Position numbers and translations under genes: made by a program
The notes under the pieces: model-generated
Seen by the model: the letters and a program-made list of their open reading frames with translations, nothing else
Database searches by the model: none
What the model was told of the DNA's origin: nothing
Virus record (IMG/VR): IMGVR_UViG_3300023049_000005
Span: 206,757-270,756 of that record
Direction: 5' to 3' (one strand)
Length of the DNA: 64,000 nucleotides
Shown here: positions 1 through 9,711 of the stretch, piece after piece
How the letters are laid out: each line of letters opens with the position of its first letter
Numbering within the stretch: the first letter of the stretch is position 1

Positions 1-1
1 G

Positions 2-1525
2 GCAACACAGAGTATAGTTGATCCAGGTAGTCCTCTTACTAGTATTCAGTACAACAACAATGGTGATTTCGGTGGATCTGCATTATTGTTATGGGACAAT
101 ACATCAGGAACTATGACAGTAAACGCTTCGGAAGCATCGGCTGCAATTTCAGTTGCCGCTAATAACGGAGGTGGTGTTAATATAGAAGGTAATAACCAAG
201 ATGGTTTATTTCATATTACAAACGTGGCTGCGGATTTAGTTAAATTAACCAACAAGGAAGGAGATCTAGAAGATTATAGTTTTATATTAAACGGAAATGT
301 GTTTACTGCGTCTGAATATATGTTATCACTTAAATCTAATATACAAGGTGGTATTTTTGTTAATACGGATATAGAAGGTAGTGGTGCAGGTCAAAATGCT
401 ATGGTAGTTAAAAATGCGAATGCTACTTTTTTCGATATTACGGTAAATGATTTTGAAACATCAACGGTCACTATAAACGATGCTGCTTCTGAACACGCAC
501 TGAATGTTAAAGCAAACAACACAGGTGGGTTACACGTGGATTCAAATAACAGTTCAAGTGTATTATTAATAGAAAATATAGTAGGAGCAGATAAATATTT
601 CGAGATAGACGATAGTACTAAAGAAATGATATTCGACGATAAAAATGAATATAAATTTATATTTAGTGGTGCATCGACAGCTATAATAAATAAATTCACT
701 TTCAGAAATGGTGGAGCAGGCGATAAGGATATAACATTATTAGCTAACGCTGCGAATGAGGAATTTAATATTGCATATAATAATGCTAGTGGGGCAAGTA
801 ATTCAGTTATTTCATTTAGTCCTGATAATAATAATGGTTTATTCTTAGGGGTTAGCAATAGTTTAGAGAGTGCATTATTCCTAGGTGATTTTGATGGGTC
901 TAATAGAGGTAGTGTTGTTGTATACCCTAGCACAGAAAGTACACCACCTATCTTACAGAGAGCAACAAGTAAAAGTGTTGTTATTGGTAACAGCAGTAAG
1001 ACAACACAAACATTAGGAACGGTGGTTGGTACTGATGCAGATAAAAGAATGCTTGGTATTAATATAGTACCTCAGGTTGATGATCATTTAAATGGTGTAT
1101 ATGCAGTAAATCCTTCTAATTATATCAGTACTGGATTTACTTTGTATAGTGGGATGTATTATGCATTGAATGTATTTGATACTTCTTATCTTATGTTAGA
1201 CGGTGGTGGATATACAGGACAAACATTACATAGATTGGGAGCTTTAAGCGAGGGCGGCCCCGTAGCACCATATGGTACAACAGTAAGGATATGGAATAGA
1301 TCAGGTGGTAATATATCGGTTGATACTATCTACAACACTAATGAGGCTGCTAGACATAACATATTCGTACCTGCGATAAGTTCTCCTGTACAATTGACAT
1401 GGGCTACGGGAACAATGTTAGAATTTGTTTATTTAGCTATTGGTGGTGATATGTCAAGTACTTTAGCTGGTCTTGGTGTTGGGGGTTTATTAGGTGAAGG
1501 TGGTGTTTGGTATAACATAAATTAA
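2..1525 (+). CDS. Tail fibre / receptor-binding-like structural protein, C-terminal part (5'-truncated by window edge)
   Basis: Frame is open from base 2 (ATQSIVDPGSPLTSIQYNNNGDFGGS...), upstream of the TTG used by the ORF track. The PGxxxSIQYNxxGxFGG motif and G/N/S/T-rich beta-strand composition are typical of phage tail fibres. Confidence 0.6.
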   Translation, partial: ATQSIVDPGSPLTSIQYNNNGDFGGSALLLWDNTSGTMTVNASEASAAISVAANNGGGVNIEGNNQDGLFHITNVAADLVKLTNKEGDLEDYSFILNGNVFTASEYMLSLKSNIQGGIFVNTDIEGSGAGQNAMVVKNANATFFDITVNDFETSTVTINDAASEHALNVKANNTGGLHVDSNNSSSVLLIENIVGADKYFEIDDSTKEMIFDDKNEYKFIFSGASTAIINKFTFRNGGAGDKDITLLANAANEEFNIAYNNASGASNSVISFSPDNNNGLFLGVSNSLESALFLGDFDGSNRGSVVVYPSTESTPPILQRATSKSVVIGNSSKTTQTLGTVVGTDADKRMLGINIVPQVDDHLNGVYAVNPSNYISTGFTLYSGMYYALNVFDTSYLMLDGGGYTGQTLHRLGALSEGGPVAPYGTTVRIWNRSGGNISVDTIYNTNEAARHNIFVPAISSPVQLTWATGTMLEFVYLAIGGDMSSTLAGLGVGGLLGEGGVWYNIN

Positions 1526-1531
1526 TATATA
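1523..1531 (+). promoter_or_regulatory. Putative late promoter TAATATATA
   Basis: Motif 4 nt before the ATG at 1536; recurs before many structural and tagged genes. Confidence 0.6.
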
Positions 1532-1535
1532 GTAC

Positions 1536-2201
1536 ATGAAGTTAATATTAGAATTCACAGAATTTAATCACCAAAGAATGAATAGTGATTCTGTTCCACA
1601 ATCAACACATGTAGATGATCCACAATTATCTCTTGGTTCATTTAACAGATTTCAATCTAATCTTAAAAATGCAGTTAATAAATTAAACTCTATTTATAAG
1701 AAAATGAGTATTACTACATCAGGTGTTAATCTGACTAGTGGTAAACCTATTGAACAAAATGATATTAAGAACATCAAGATTCTTAGAATATTCCCTAGTG
1801 ATGATATTTACTATAATGTTTATTTCTCTTTCGAATTAGAAGAAAACGAATATTACGGAGTCATTAAAAAAATAAACCATGACCAACCTATATTATCATC
1901 TGAAATTTTTAAAGATGTGACAGTATTTGGATCTAAAGAATGGGTAATTAGAGTGAAGGGTAATTTGGTTAAGACTATAAAAAATTGGCTTAATGTAACT
2001 AAAGGAGAATATTTATCATTAAAAGAGATTGAGGTAATTGATAAATTAACAGGTGAGTTAATACTACTTCCTGAGAAAAGTAAAATAGAAGTTCTTGGTA
2101 CGTTTGACAGTGTGATTAATATTACACATGAAGATAGAGAATATGATCTTAAAAATGGTAATTATTATTACTTCAATTATTACTTCGAGAATTTAAACTA
2201 A
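1536..2201 (+). CDS. Hypothetical virion-associated protein (N-terminal tag MKLILEFTEFN)
   Basis: 221-aa ORF behind late-type promoter, with tag-like N-terminus. Confidence 0.6.
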   Translation: MKLILEFTEFNHQRMNSDSVPQSTHVDDPQLSLGSFNRFQSNLKNAVNKLNSIYKKMSITTSGVNLTSGKPIEQNDIKNIKILRIFPSDDIYYNVYFSFELEENEYYGVIKKINHDQPILSSEIFKDVTVFGSKEWVIRVKGNLVKTIKNWLNVTKGEYLSLKEIEVIDKLTGELILLPEKSKIEVLGTFDSVINITHEDREYDLKNGNYYYFNYYFENLN

Positions 2202-2399
2202 GGAATTTATAAGCTGATCTCTTTTTTCTATAAGAGTATGAAAGTGTTCTTTTTTGTAAACTTCGACTAAACCATTATCAGATACTATTAAGTACCCATT
2301 ATCCATATTAGATAATACATCATACTTCTTACCGATGGTCAAAAATGGATACTCATCATTAATACAGTATATAGGCTGTGTTCTTTCGTTCAAATACAT
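2193..2399 (-). CDS. Small hypothetical protein with C-terminal RDxxIxxL tag; paralog of 3823..4053
   Basis: LTIGKKYDVL..SDNG..Y..HF..EKRDQLINSLV aligns by eye with LTKLKEYDCL..DDYG..Y..RF..EIRDIKINQIL. Confidence 0.65.
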   Translation of the reverse strand: MYLNERTQPIYCINDEYPFLTIGKKYDVLSNMDNGYLIVSDNGLVEVYKKEHFHTLIEKRDQLINSLV

Positions 2400-2402
2400 C
2401 TA

Positions 2403-3308
2403 TTATATATTAAACTCAATTTCTCCATTATCTACTTTTTTCAAGAAATCAGAAACAAAATTGTTGTTAAAATAATCCCAAATATCTACATAATTATCAA
2501 CAGCGAATTCTCTAAAGTATCCCGAACATAGTGTTGTACATATCCGCATCATAGACCATCTTACTGCATCCTTAGGGCTGTAATATTTCTTACCATCAAA
2601 GATGGAAGGTAATACTAAACGTTCCAATGCTATAACATAGGATTCCTCTAAAATACATTTAGCCTTCTCTTCGAATGTAAACTTGTTCCATAGATCTTTT
2701 GAACACCAAACAGAATCTGTATCGGGTTGCATCTTTTCATATAAAGGATTATCATAATGAGCTACCATTCTATGGATATCATCATGTATAAAATAATACT
2801 TAACAAAGCCTTCACTTTGTCCAAAGAATTCTTCCTTAGATTTATTTAAACTAGGTGTCTTTAATTTACCTAATCTATCCTTTGTTTCTTCTTTGTTTAT
2901 CTTAGTGATCTTCTTTAATTTATCTATACCATTAAGTTCTTTATGTAAAAAACAATAGTCTTCTATATGCTTATTGAACTTAATAGGATAATAGATATGA
3001 GCCTTTTTAAGACTATATAAAATCTCTTTTGATCCAATTACTGTTTTACAGAAATGGTTGTCATATATATTATATAACAAAGTGAGAGCTTTCGAAGAAT
3101 CGGTTATTAAGAACTCAACCATACTTCTATCAAAATTATCATTCTTTTCGATATCGAAAAAAGTTATAAGATGACCCCTATCAACTATTTTAGAGGGGGT
3201 TAATATTTTTTTGAAATATTCTACTTCTTCTAAGTTAGCGATTAAGTCTATATCAAAATAACTTCTATCTCGATAATTAGAAAGTGCTTTAGATCCTACT
3301 AGTATCAT
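2403..3308 (-). CDS. Putative nucleotidyltransferase (Pol-beta superfamily-like)
   Basis: N-terminal hGS-x(10)-DxD signature (ILVGSKAL...FDIDL) and a downstream HDDIH motif. Confidence 0.55.
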   Translation of the reverse strand: MILVGSKALSNYRDRSYFDIDLIANLEEVEYFKKILTPSKIVDRGHLITFFDIEKNDNFDRSMVEFLITDSSKALTLLYNIYDNHFCKTVIGSKEILYSLKKAHIYYPIKFNKHIEDYCFLHKELNGIDKLKKITKINKEETKDRLGKLKTPSLNKSKEEFFGQSEGFVKYYFIHDDIHRMVAHYDNPLYEKMQPDTDSVWCSKDLWNKFTFEEKAKCILEESYVIALERLVLPSIFDGKKYYSPKDAVRWSMMRICTTLCSGYFREFAVDNYVDIWDYFNNNFVSDFLKKVDNGEIEFNI

Positions 3309-3320
3309 GGTTATAAAATA

Positions 3321-3491
3321 TTACTCATCCAAAAGAGCTTCTAATTCACGGATTATATGTTTATTAACAAGAACTTCTTCACTCCTTGTCATTTCAGCAT
3401 TTTTTGGTTGTAACCAAACTCTTTCTTCGTCAGTAGTGTGTGCTTGTCTCTTATATAATCCTTGTAATCTTCCTTTTATTTTATCTTCCAT
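3321..3491 (-). CDS. Small hypothetical protein (56 aa, not in ORF track)
   Basis: MEDKIKGRLQGLYKRQ...IIRELEALLDE*; co-oriented with flanking minus-strand genes and has an A-rich leader. Confidence 0.55.
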   Translation of the reverse strand: MEDKIKGRLQGLYKRQAHTTDEERVWLQPKNAEMTRSEEVLVNKHIIRELEALLDE

Positions 3492-3563
3492 ATTTGTTTA
3501 ATTATTATTTAATTTATCTTTTCAAGTTTACTTCTGTTTCAAAAACGGTTCTTACGCAAACCG

Positions 3564-3833
3564 TTAATAGGAAGAAGAAGTGTCTTCGTCATATGAAGAA
3601 TCTTCATAGTATTCATCAGTATAGCTAATCATCCCATCTTCGTTATATTCTTCTACAGTACCCGTAAGAATTTTTTCAGGATCTAAATCAATTATATCAA
3701 TTTTTTCACTTAATTCTTTTATATGTGTTGAAGCCCTTTCCTTACTGATTGGATCATCTTCTCTTATATAGCTTTCTACTATATCGTTTAGCTCTTCCCA
3801 AGCCTCGTTTATGTTTTCTATCTTATTGCTCAT
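3564..3833 (-). CDS. Acidic hypothetical protein
   Basis: 89-aa ORF overlapping the stop of the upstream gene; S/Y/E/D-rich tail. Confidence 0.6.
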   Translation of the reverse strand: MSNKIENINEAWEELNDIVESYIREDDPISKERASTHIKELSEKIDIIDLDPEKILTGTVEEYNEDGMISYTDEYYEDSSYDEDTSSSY

Positions 3834-4053
3834 CTTCTAAAATTTGATTGATTTTAATATCTCTTATTTCTGCTTTGTTTATGAACCTATTCACATTATA
3901 ATAATGTGGTTCACCATAATCATCTTCTACTTTAATTGTATTAGTAGATTCACCTACGTCTAGACAATCGTATTCCTTTAACTTAGTTAAGTATACGTTT
4001 GCCCATATCACACAAATAACTTTACTTCCTTTCTCTATTTTACTTCCTAGCAT
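3823..4053 (-). CDS. Small hypothetical protein with C-terminal RDxKIxxIL tag
   Basis: Ends KAEIRDIKINQILEDEQ. Confidence 0.7.
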   Translation of the reverse strand: MLGSKIEKGSKVICVIWANVYLTKLKEYDCLDVGESTNTIKVEDDYGEPHYYNVNRFINKAEIRDIKINQILEDEQ

Positions 4054-4069
4054 ATTTAATATATATTAC

Positions 4070-4450
4070 ATGAATTGGTTAGATTTCATTTTAGACAACA
4101 TATCCGAATTCGGTTTATATATTACAAAGTTAGAAAAAAAATTCCTAGATAACTATTATTCTAAGGAAATAAATAAAGAACTTACGGAAAGGTACGACTT
4201 TTATAAATCGATATATGAATCAGATGTGTCTTCTTCTTTCTTATTAGAAAACATTACTTTTACCAACGAAACAGATGTAACTGACCTAAAGTTGAATATA
4301 CTATGGGATAATATTAAGGAAGATGATGCTGATAATTTTCAGAACATTTATAATATACCTACAAGAAAATTAAACTTAGAGTGGGAAGACCTAGATGATA
4401 GATATAGAAGGGAGTTCCATTTATATTGGAAAAAATATTATAGGTTTTAA
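4070..4450 (+). CDS. Hypothetical protein
   Basis: 126 aa. N-terminus LDFILDNISEFG resembles IDNILDKISDKG in 60352..60777. TAATATATA at 4057-4065. Confidence 0.6.
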   Translation: MNWLDFILDNISEFGLYITKLEKKFLDNYYSKEINKELTERYDFYKSIYESDVSSSFLLENITFTNETDVTDLKLNILWDNIKEDDADNFQNIYNIPTRKLNLEWEDLDDRYRREFHLYWKKYYRF

Positions 4451-4460
4451 TATATAGACT

Positions 4461-5558
4461 ATGGCTCATATAAACAATTTTCAGAAATTTAACGAAAGCA
4501 AGTTTGTAGAAGAACTACCTGAATACTTCTATCTAATATTACGTGCGGGTGATAGAGATAATAGTAATACTAACACTAAACCTTAGGAAACATTAGCTAC
4601 TATGGAAGCTGAGGGATTAGTAGGGATTAGTTCGACTCCTAATATTATATCTAGTTGGATGGACGTAAGACCTATATTAGTTATGATGCCTGCTGAAGAA
4701 ACTATGAGAATAAATAAGATATTCCCTGTCGATTATTACAATCCTGATCAACTTGTGTCTAATGACCTATTTTTATTAAGAAGGTTAACAGATAATTATA
4801 ATAAAGGAAGTAAGGCTGATCTAAAAGACAAGGAAGACGTAGACAGATTTGAAAGATGGGAATATGATTCTACATTAACTAAGATATTCCAAGTTAGAAA
4901 ATTGAGCGTAGGTAAAAAGAAATCGTCTAGATTAGTAGGAACTTGGCACAGAGATAGAACACATTACCAACAAAAATTATTCGAAACATTTGGACACAGT
5001 GCCTTCTATTACAGAATAGGAGACCATATATCTAATGAAATACAACAAAAGAAATTTAAGATAAATAACGTAAACGATTTAGTCAAAGTGATGGGTGAAG
5101 CTATTGTAACTAACAGAGATGAGTTAGAACATATTACTTATGGTACACATAAACAATTCGAGTGGTTCTTTAACTACTTTGATAAATACGGAACAAAAGG
5201 ATTTAAACAAGTTCTTAATTGGATGATTATAGAACTTTCTAGGGTATGGGCAGAAAAAGAAAACGAATGGATTGTGAAGAAAGATAAGTTAAGTAGTAAA
5301 AGGGAATTTAAGATCCCTAACAATTCACACTTGATTATCAAAACTTTCCCTGGTTATGAGGACGAAGAAGCATATGCTGAGTGGAATCAGAAAAGACAAA
5401 AAGCAAATAAAGAAAATAATAGAAGAGATTTGACACAAGGACTTAGAGAAGATTATGCTAAAGAAGCAGTAAAAGATTACCATTTAGATAATATATATGA
5501 TATACACTATGTAGATAATTTACATGAGGGTAAGAAAAAAGTAAATGAAATAAAATGA
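4461..5558 (+). CDS. Putative ADP-ribosyltransferase-like protein with N-terminal tag, interrupted by in-frame TAG at 4584-4586 (readthrough candidate or pseudogene)
   Basis: TAATATATA at 4448-4456, then ATG 4461 MAHINNFQKFNES...YLILRAG...TKP*ETLATMEAE, in frame with ORF 4602..5558. ART-like R (LILRAG), S (GISST) and ExE (EKENEWIV). Confidence 0.55.
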
Positions 5559-6085
5559 AATACATAAGAGAATATAATAGCAATGTTTATAACTATATAA
5601 AATCAATCATTGATACTAAGTTCAATGAGTTAAAATATGATACTGAATTTTTAAAAGAAGTATATAATATCATAGATATATGGGTTTATATAAAATTTAA
5701 AAGCGATAATTCACTATTAGAGGATACTGAAATATCTATGGAAGGCTTCGATACGAGTTATGATTTCGCAGACCAAATAGCAGGCTTAGAGACTGCCGTT
5801 CTTGAAAGTGAAATGGAGATAGAAATCGATATAGAAACTACTTCACCTGATTATATACAACAGGATTTTAAATTTAAGCTAATAGATAAAGATAAGCTTA
5901 CTAAAATGTATAATTTTTATGACAAACATTCATATATTATGAAGAAGGCAAATGAATTATTTATTAAATATAAAGACGATATGGAAATTAATTATAGATC
6001 AGACGGAAACGAGTTGGGTATAACATACACCTTTACTGTAAATATATCTGAAATGACTAATATGATAAAAAAATTAAATAAATGA
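5555..6085 (+). CDS. Hypothetical tagged protein (MKYIREYNS...MIKKLNK family)
   Basis: Shares both termini with 6082..6633 and 49886..50380. Confidence 0.7.
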   Translation: MKYIREYNSNVYNYIKSIIDTKFNELKYDTEFLKEVYNIIDIWVYIKFKSDNSLLEDTEISMEGFDTSYDFADQIAGLETAVLESEMEIEIDIETTSPDYIQQDFKFKLIDKDKLTKMYNFYDKHSYIMKKANELFIKYKDDMEINYRSDGNELGITYTFTVNISEMTNMIKKLNK

Positions 6086-6633
6086 GATATATAAAAGAAT
6101 ATAACAGTTATATAGAAAATCAAAGTGAGTATTTTGGGGCATATATGGATTCATTTATTGAAAGTAATAAATGGGTATATTCTTATGTAAACGAAAGTAG
6201 AGTAAGTTTTCTGTTCTCATTTAAAGGTGATATAATTGTTTATGATGAAAATACAGGAGAAAGAAGCTCACATATCCTAAACACTCCTTTACAAAACAAT
6301 AAAGAAAGGGTACTTGATCATTTAAAAAATGATGCTTTAATATCCGCTACTATAAGAGCAGGATTAAATATTAAATTAGAAAACGTAGAATTAGTTTGTA
6401 TATTAAATGTAGGATATAATAAAAGATCTGATTGGTATGATATAGAAAATATCAAATCAATAGAAGACGAATTAGACAAGAAAAAGGGGCTAGTTGAAAA
6501 ATTAAAAAGATTAACTACATTTGATAAATCAGATGTTCAAATAAGCCCCAATCTAGATGCCTTTGTGCATAAAAGATATATTAATATTAACATTGATGAT
6601 ATGTATAACATAATGAAAAAGTTAAATAAGTAA
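6082..6633 (+). CDS. Hypothetical tagged protein (MRYIKEYNS...MKKLNK family)
   Basis: Overlaps the upstream gene by 4 nt; same terminal motifs. Confidence 0.7.
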   Translation: MRYIKEYNSYIENQSEYFGAYMDSFIESNKWVYSYVNESRVSFLFSFKGDIIVYDENTGERSSHILNTPLQNNKERVLDHLKNDALISATIRAGLNIKLENVELVCILNVGYNKRSDWYDIENIKSIEDELDKKKGLVEKLKRLTTFDKSDVQISPNLDAFVHKRYININIDDMYNIMKKLNK

Positions 6634-7304
6634 TGGAAAAAGTATTATATCATTTCATACCCGTATTTAATTTAATCTCTCTTTTAGAAGAATATAAGAG
6701 CTTGAGTAAAATATTTTTGAAATCTAATTCAGAACACATTAGCTTAACTAGGAATCCTTCTTTAACTAGTGTGGATCTTTCTTTCGATAAACATATGTGT
6801 AGGATCACATTGGATACTAAGAAGATTTATGATAGGTATAAGATAAAACCATACGCAGATTCAACTTATACACAAGGTAGTGATGAAGAACAAGAAGAAA
6901 GAGTATATGTAAAAAAGAGGTCTAATTGGCAAAGAAACTATGATAAGGCATTACAAATACCCACAGGCGCATATAAAATAGATATATCTGATTGTATATT
7001 ACGAATAGATATTTTAACAATGGTTCATAATAAAGTGAAAGACAGACAAGCAGGATATAACTCTTGGATGTTTTCATACGATCAATTTAATCCTAAGTAT
7101 TTAGATCCCAAAAATAAAAAGAATTTACCTACAATACAAAAAGACCACGAAGGTTTAGTTCATGGTCTTTTTAATATTTTAAAACAAGTTGATTTACCGT
7201 TTAAGGTAAAACTCGTCACAAAATTTGTCGGGTATAAATATCAGGATAAATATATCGATAAATGGAATAGAAGAAGTTTTTCTTTTAATTCTTTCGGTTC
7301 ATAA
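6633..7304 (+). CDS. Putative ADP-ribosyltransferase-fold protein
   Basis: LYHF / ISLTR / EEQEERV motifs in the order of the ART catalytic strands. Confidence 0.5.
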   Translation: MEKVLYHFIPVFNLISLLEEYKSLSKIFLKSNSEHISLTRNPSLTSVDLSFDKHMCRITLDTKKIYDRYKIKPYADSTYTQGSDEEQEERVYVKKRSNWQRNYDKALQIPTGAYKIDISDCILRIDILTMVHNKVKDRQAGYNSWMFSYDQFNPKYLDPKNKKNLPTIQKDHEGLVHGLFNILKQVDLPFKVKLVTKFVGYKYQDKYIDKWNRRSFSFNSFGS

Positions 7305-8412
7305 ATCCCATTCGGTTATTATTTTCTTCTTCCTCCAATTTATCATTATAGATTTGCGCTAAAGTCATATCTTCGGTAGTTTCTTCTTTCCCAAGTTTAT
7401 TTAATATTTTATTAGCTTTATCCGTTTTAAGTTTACCGAATTCGTATTTCTTTAATAGTCTTCCTTCTCGAAGGAGAGCTTTATCTAAGTTATGTACATC
7501 AGTGTTAAAAGTACATATTATTTGAAATCTTAAACAATCCCCTAATATACCATCAGATAAATTAAGTAGATCACTCACTGCAGCACCATTTCCTGAATTT
7601 CTCGATTCTACTAATTTCTCCGCATCCTCAATCATTAATACTGAGTTGGGATAGTCCATTAAGAAGTTTAACATAGAAGGCTCTGATAAAGAAGTCCCAA
7701 TATTAGGTGGTATGAATATAACACGTTTATTAACTGTTCTGATAAGGTGTCTTAAATAAGTAGTTTTTCCTGTGCCTGGATCACCGTGGAATAAGAAAAG
7801 ACCTACGCTTTCTCCTTTGATTTTTTCTATTACGTCATTATGCACATCGATAAAACCATCGTTGTAATTACTCTCTAAATCTAAATTTGCATATTTATCA
7901 TCGATCCTAAAATCAGATAAACTCATATCCTTACCTTGTGTAAGCATATGGACAGAAGTGTTAATTCTGTTTTTAGATCCGTCATTTATTATATTTTTAA
8001 GTTTATCTAAAACAATATGGTCTATTTCACCTTTACTAAGGAACTGCAGATTTTCGTAATTAGATATACTCAACACAATATTTCTTTTCTGATCAACAGA
8101 TATTCTATTTATTCTATCCTCTCTTTCGTTTACCAATTCCCCTGTATAATCATCTATTGTGTTCTCAGGAGTAAATGATTCCGAACAGTAATTTACATCA
8201 AATTCAAATTCTTTCTCTATTAGTTCTCTTACTTCCTTTCGAACCGATTTATGTATAGAATAGAAATTATAACTATAATTAGCTAGATCCTTGAAAAATT
8301 TTAAATAAATTAAACGAACCTCAGATGAATCTTGGTATTCTGAAATTTCTACATCAGTAATATTACCTATGGTTATATCGTTTCCTTTTATTTTGCTTGT
8401 CTTCATTTCCAT
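7285..8412 (-). CDS. AAA+ ATPase
   Basis: Walker A GDPGTGKT, Walker B LMIEDAE, SRH DKALLREGRL. Confidence 0.9.
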   Translation of the reverse strand: MEMKTSKIKGNDITIGNITDVEISEYQDSSEVRLIYLKFFKDLANYSYNFYSIHKSVRKEVRELIEKEFEFDVNYCSESFTPENTIDDYTGELVNEREDRINRISVDQKRNIVLSISNYENLQFLSKGEIDHIVLDKLKNIINDGSKNRINTSVHMLTQGKDMSLSDFRIDDKYANLDLESNYNDGFIDVHNDVIEKIKGESVGLFLFHGDPGTGKTTYLRHLIRTVNKRVIFIPPNIGTSLSEPSMLNFLMDYPNSVLMIEDAEKLVESRNSGNGAAVSDLLNLSDGILGDCLRFQIICTFNTDVHNLDKALLREGRLLKKYEFGKLKTDKANKILNKLGKEETTEDMTLAQIYNDKLEEEENNNRMGFMNRKN

Positions 8413-8446
8413 ATTTATATCAAACTTTTTATAATATATGATATTT

Positions 8447-8478
8447 TTTGGTATTTGTTTTAAATATTAGTACATTTG
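8447..8478 (+). promoter_or_regulatory. Bacteroidota-type housekeeping promoter (-33 TTTG / -7 TACATTTG)
   Basis: TTTG at 8447-8450, 20-nt spacer, TACATTTG at 8471-8478, ATG at 8493. Confidence 0.7.
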
Positions 8479-8492
8479 TAAAAAATAAAGAC

Positions 8493-9428
8493 ATGAATAC
8501 GAATTATAATGCTATATACGACTTTTGTAAAGTCAGAAATAACGGAGTTTCTACTAAGAATGGAACTGTTGATTATCCACCAAGAGTTAAGTTTATAATC
8601 GAACTATTAGAAAAATTAGGTATTGATTATGAAATGGATACTTACCAAGTAGGTAAATATAAGGATAACAACTTCCATAACATTTACCTAAGAGGAACTT
8701 CAACTCGTTGGTTTATGGCACACCACGATGTTTGTAATCATAATATTGATAATGCTAATGATAATTCTGCTAGTGTGATCAATGCTATTATGTTGAAAAA
8801 CATTAGACCTGATGTTAATATAGCATTAGTAGATGGAGAAGAACTACCTACAATGGGATTAGGTTCGGCACATTTTTCTGACCGTGTGAACAATGGTGAT
8901 TTCGGAACAGTAGAATGGGTATTGAATTTAGAACTTACGGGAATCGGAGGAAAGAATTTCTTTATCGCTGATATGAATAATCTATTGTGTGATAAGATAT
9001 TTGATAAATTCGGATGTCCACCTTTCAATCCACCATTCAGTGATGCTACTATTATGAATAGTCGTGGAATAATGACTACAGTAATTAACCCACTCCCTTT
9101 GGTAGAAAGGGGATTTAAAATAACCAAACTTGGTGCTTTAGAAGATGATGGGTTTAAGTTAGGGGAACTAATCTTTGCAGATGATATAAAAAAGATAAAT
9201 TTGCATTATCGTGATAATGATGAATTAGAAGATGATAACATAGATAAGTTTATGTTAGAACCTTTTGAGATATCTGAATCTGATTTCGATAAAATGCCCT
9301 CAATTGAATATATGGATACTAGTATTCTATGGAGATGTCATATGGCTGCAGATACAGTTGATAAGATCAAAACGGATGATATGAAGGAATTTGTTGAACA
9401 AGTACTTACTGTTATTGCTGATATTTAA
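8493..9428 (+). CDS. M28-family metallopeptidase
   Basis: MAHHD, NANDNSAS, DGEE, LNLE and terminal H-x4-D motifs. The ATG at 8493 is preferred over 8448 because the promoter lies between them. Confidence 0.8.
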   Translation: MNTNYNAIYDFCKVRNNGVSTKNGTVDYPPRVKFIIELLEKLGIDYEMDTYQVGKYKDNNFHNIYLRGTSTRWFMAHHDVCNHNIDNANDNSASVINAIMLKNIRPDVNIALVDGEELPTMGLGSAHFSDRVNNGDFGTVEWVLNLELTGIGGKNFFIADMNNLLCDKIFDKFGCPPFNPPFSDATIMNSRGIMTTVINPLPLVERGFKITKLGALEDDGFKLGELIFADDIKKINLHYRDNDELEDDNIDKFMLEPFEISESDFDKMPSIEYMDTSILWRCHMAADTVDKIKTDDMKEFVEQVLTVIADI

Positions 9429-9691
9429 TCTTCCACAGAAGAGAAATAATAGTCATCAGATCCATAGCAATACCAAACGTCTATACCATTTGCTGTATCT
9501 ACGTAGTCTAAATATGCTATACGCTGTTCTTGACATTCCATTGAGCCCCAATCCAACCCATTAGCTCTATCTATTGCGTCTTGCTGACCATTAGGAGCTT
9601 CATGACCTGATAAGATATCACCAAAGAAACATCTTTCTTTGTAATCATGGTTTTCGGTTATATATTGATCAAATTTTTTAATACGATTCAT
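9425..9691 (-). CDS. Small tagged protein (MNRIKKFDQYITEN)
   Basis: 88 aa with capsid-targeting-like N-terminus. Confidence 0.7.
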   Translation of the reverse strand: MNRIKKFDQYITENHDYKERCFFGDILSGHEAPNGQQDAIDRANGLDWGSMECQEQRIAYLDYVDTANGIDVWYCYGSDDYYFSSVED

Positions 9692-9711
9692 TTCGGTTTA
9701 TTATTATTTTT

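Noticed and set aside
391-933. Antisense ORFs in the track (e.g. 391..933, 8738..9127, 32815..33372, 41538..41933, 51179..51784, 59186..59554, 63207..63572)
   Set aside because: They lie opposite well-supported genes and have Leu/Ser/Phe-rich shadow composition with no motifs.
3544-3565. Hairpin AACGGTT-N8-AACCGTT as a terminator
   Set aside because: Only a 7-bp weak stem inside an apparent minus-strand operon; insufficient support.
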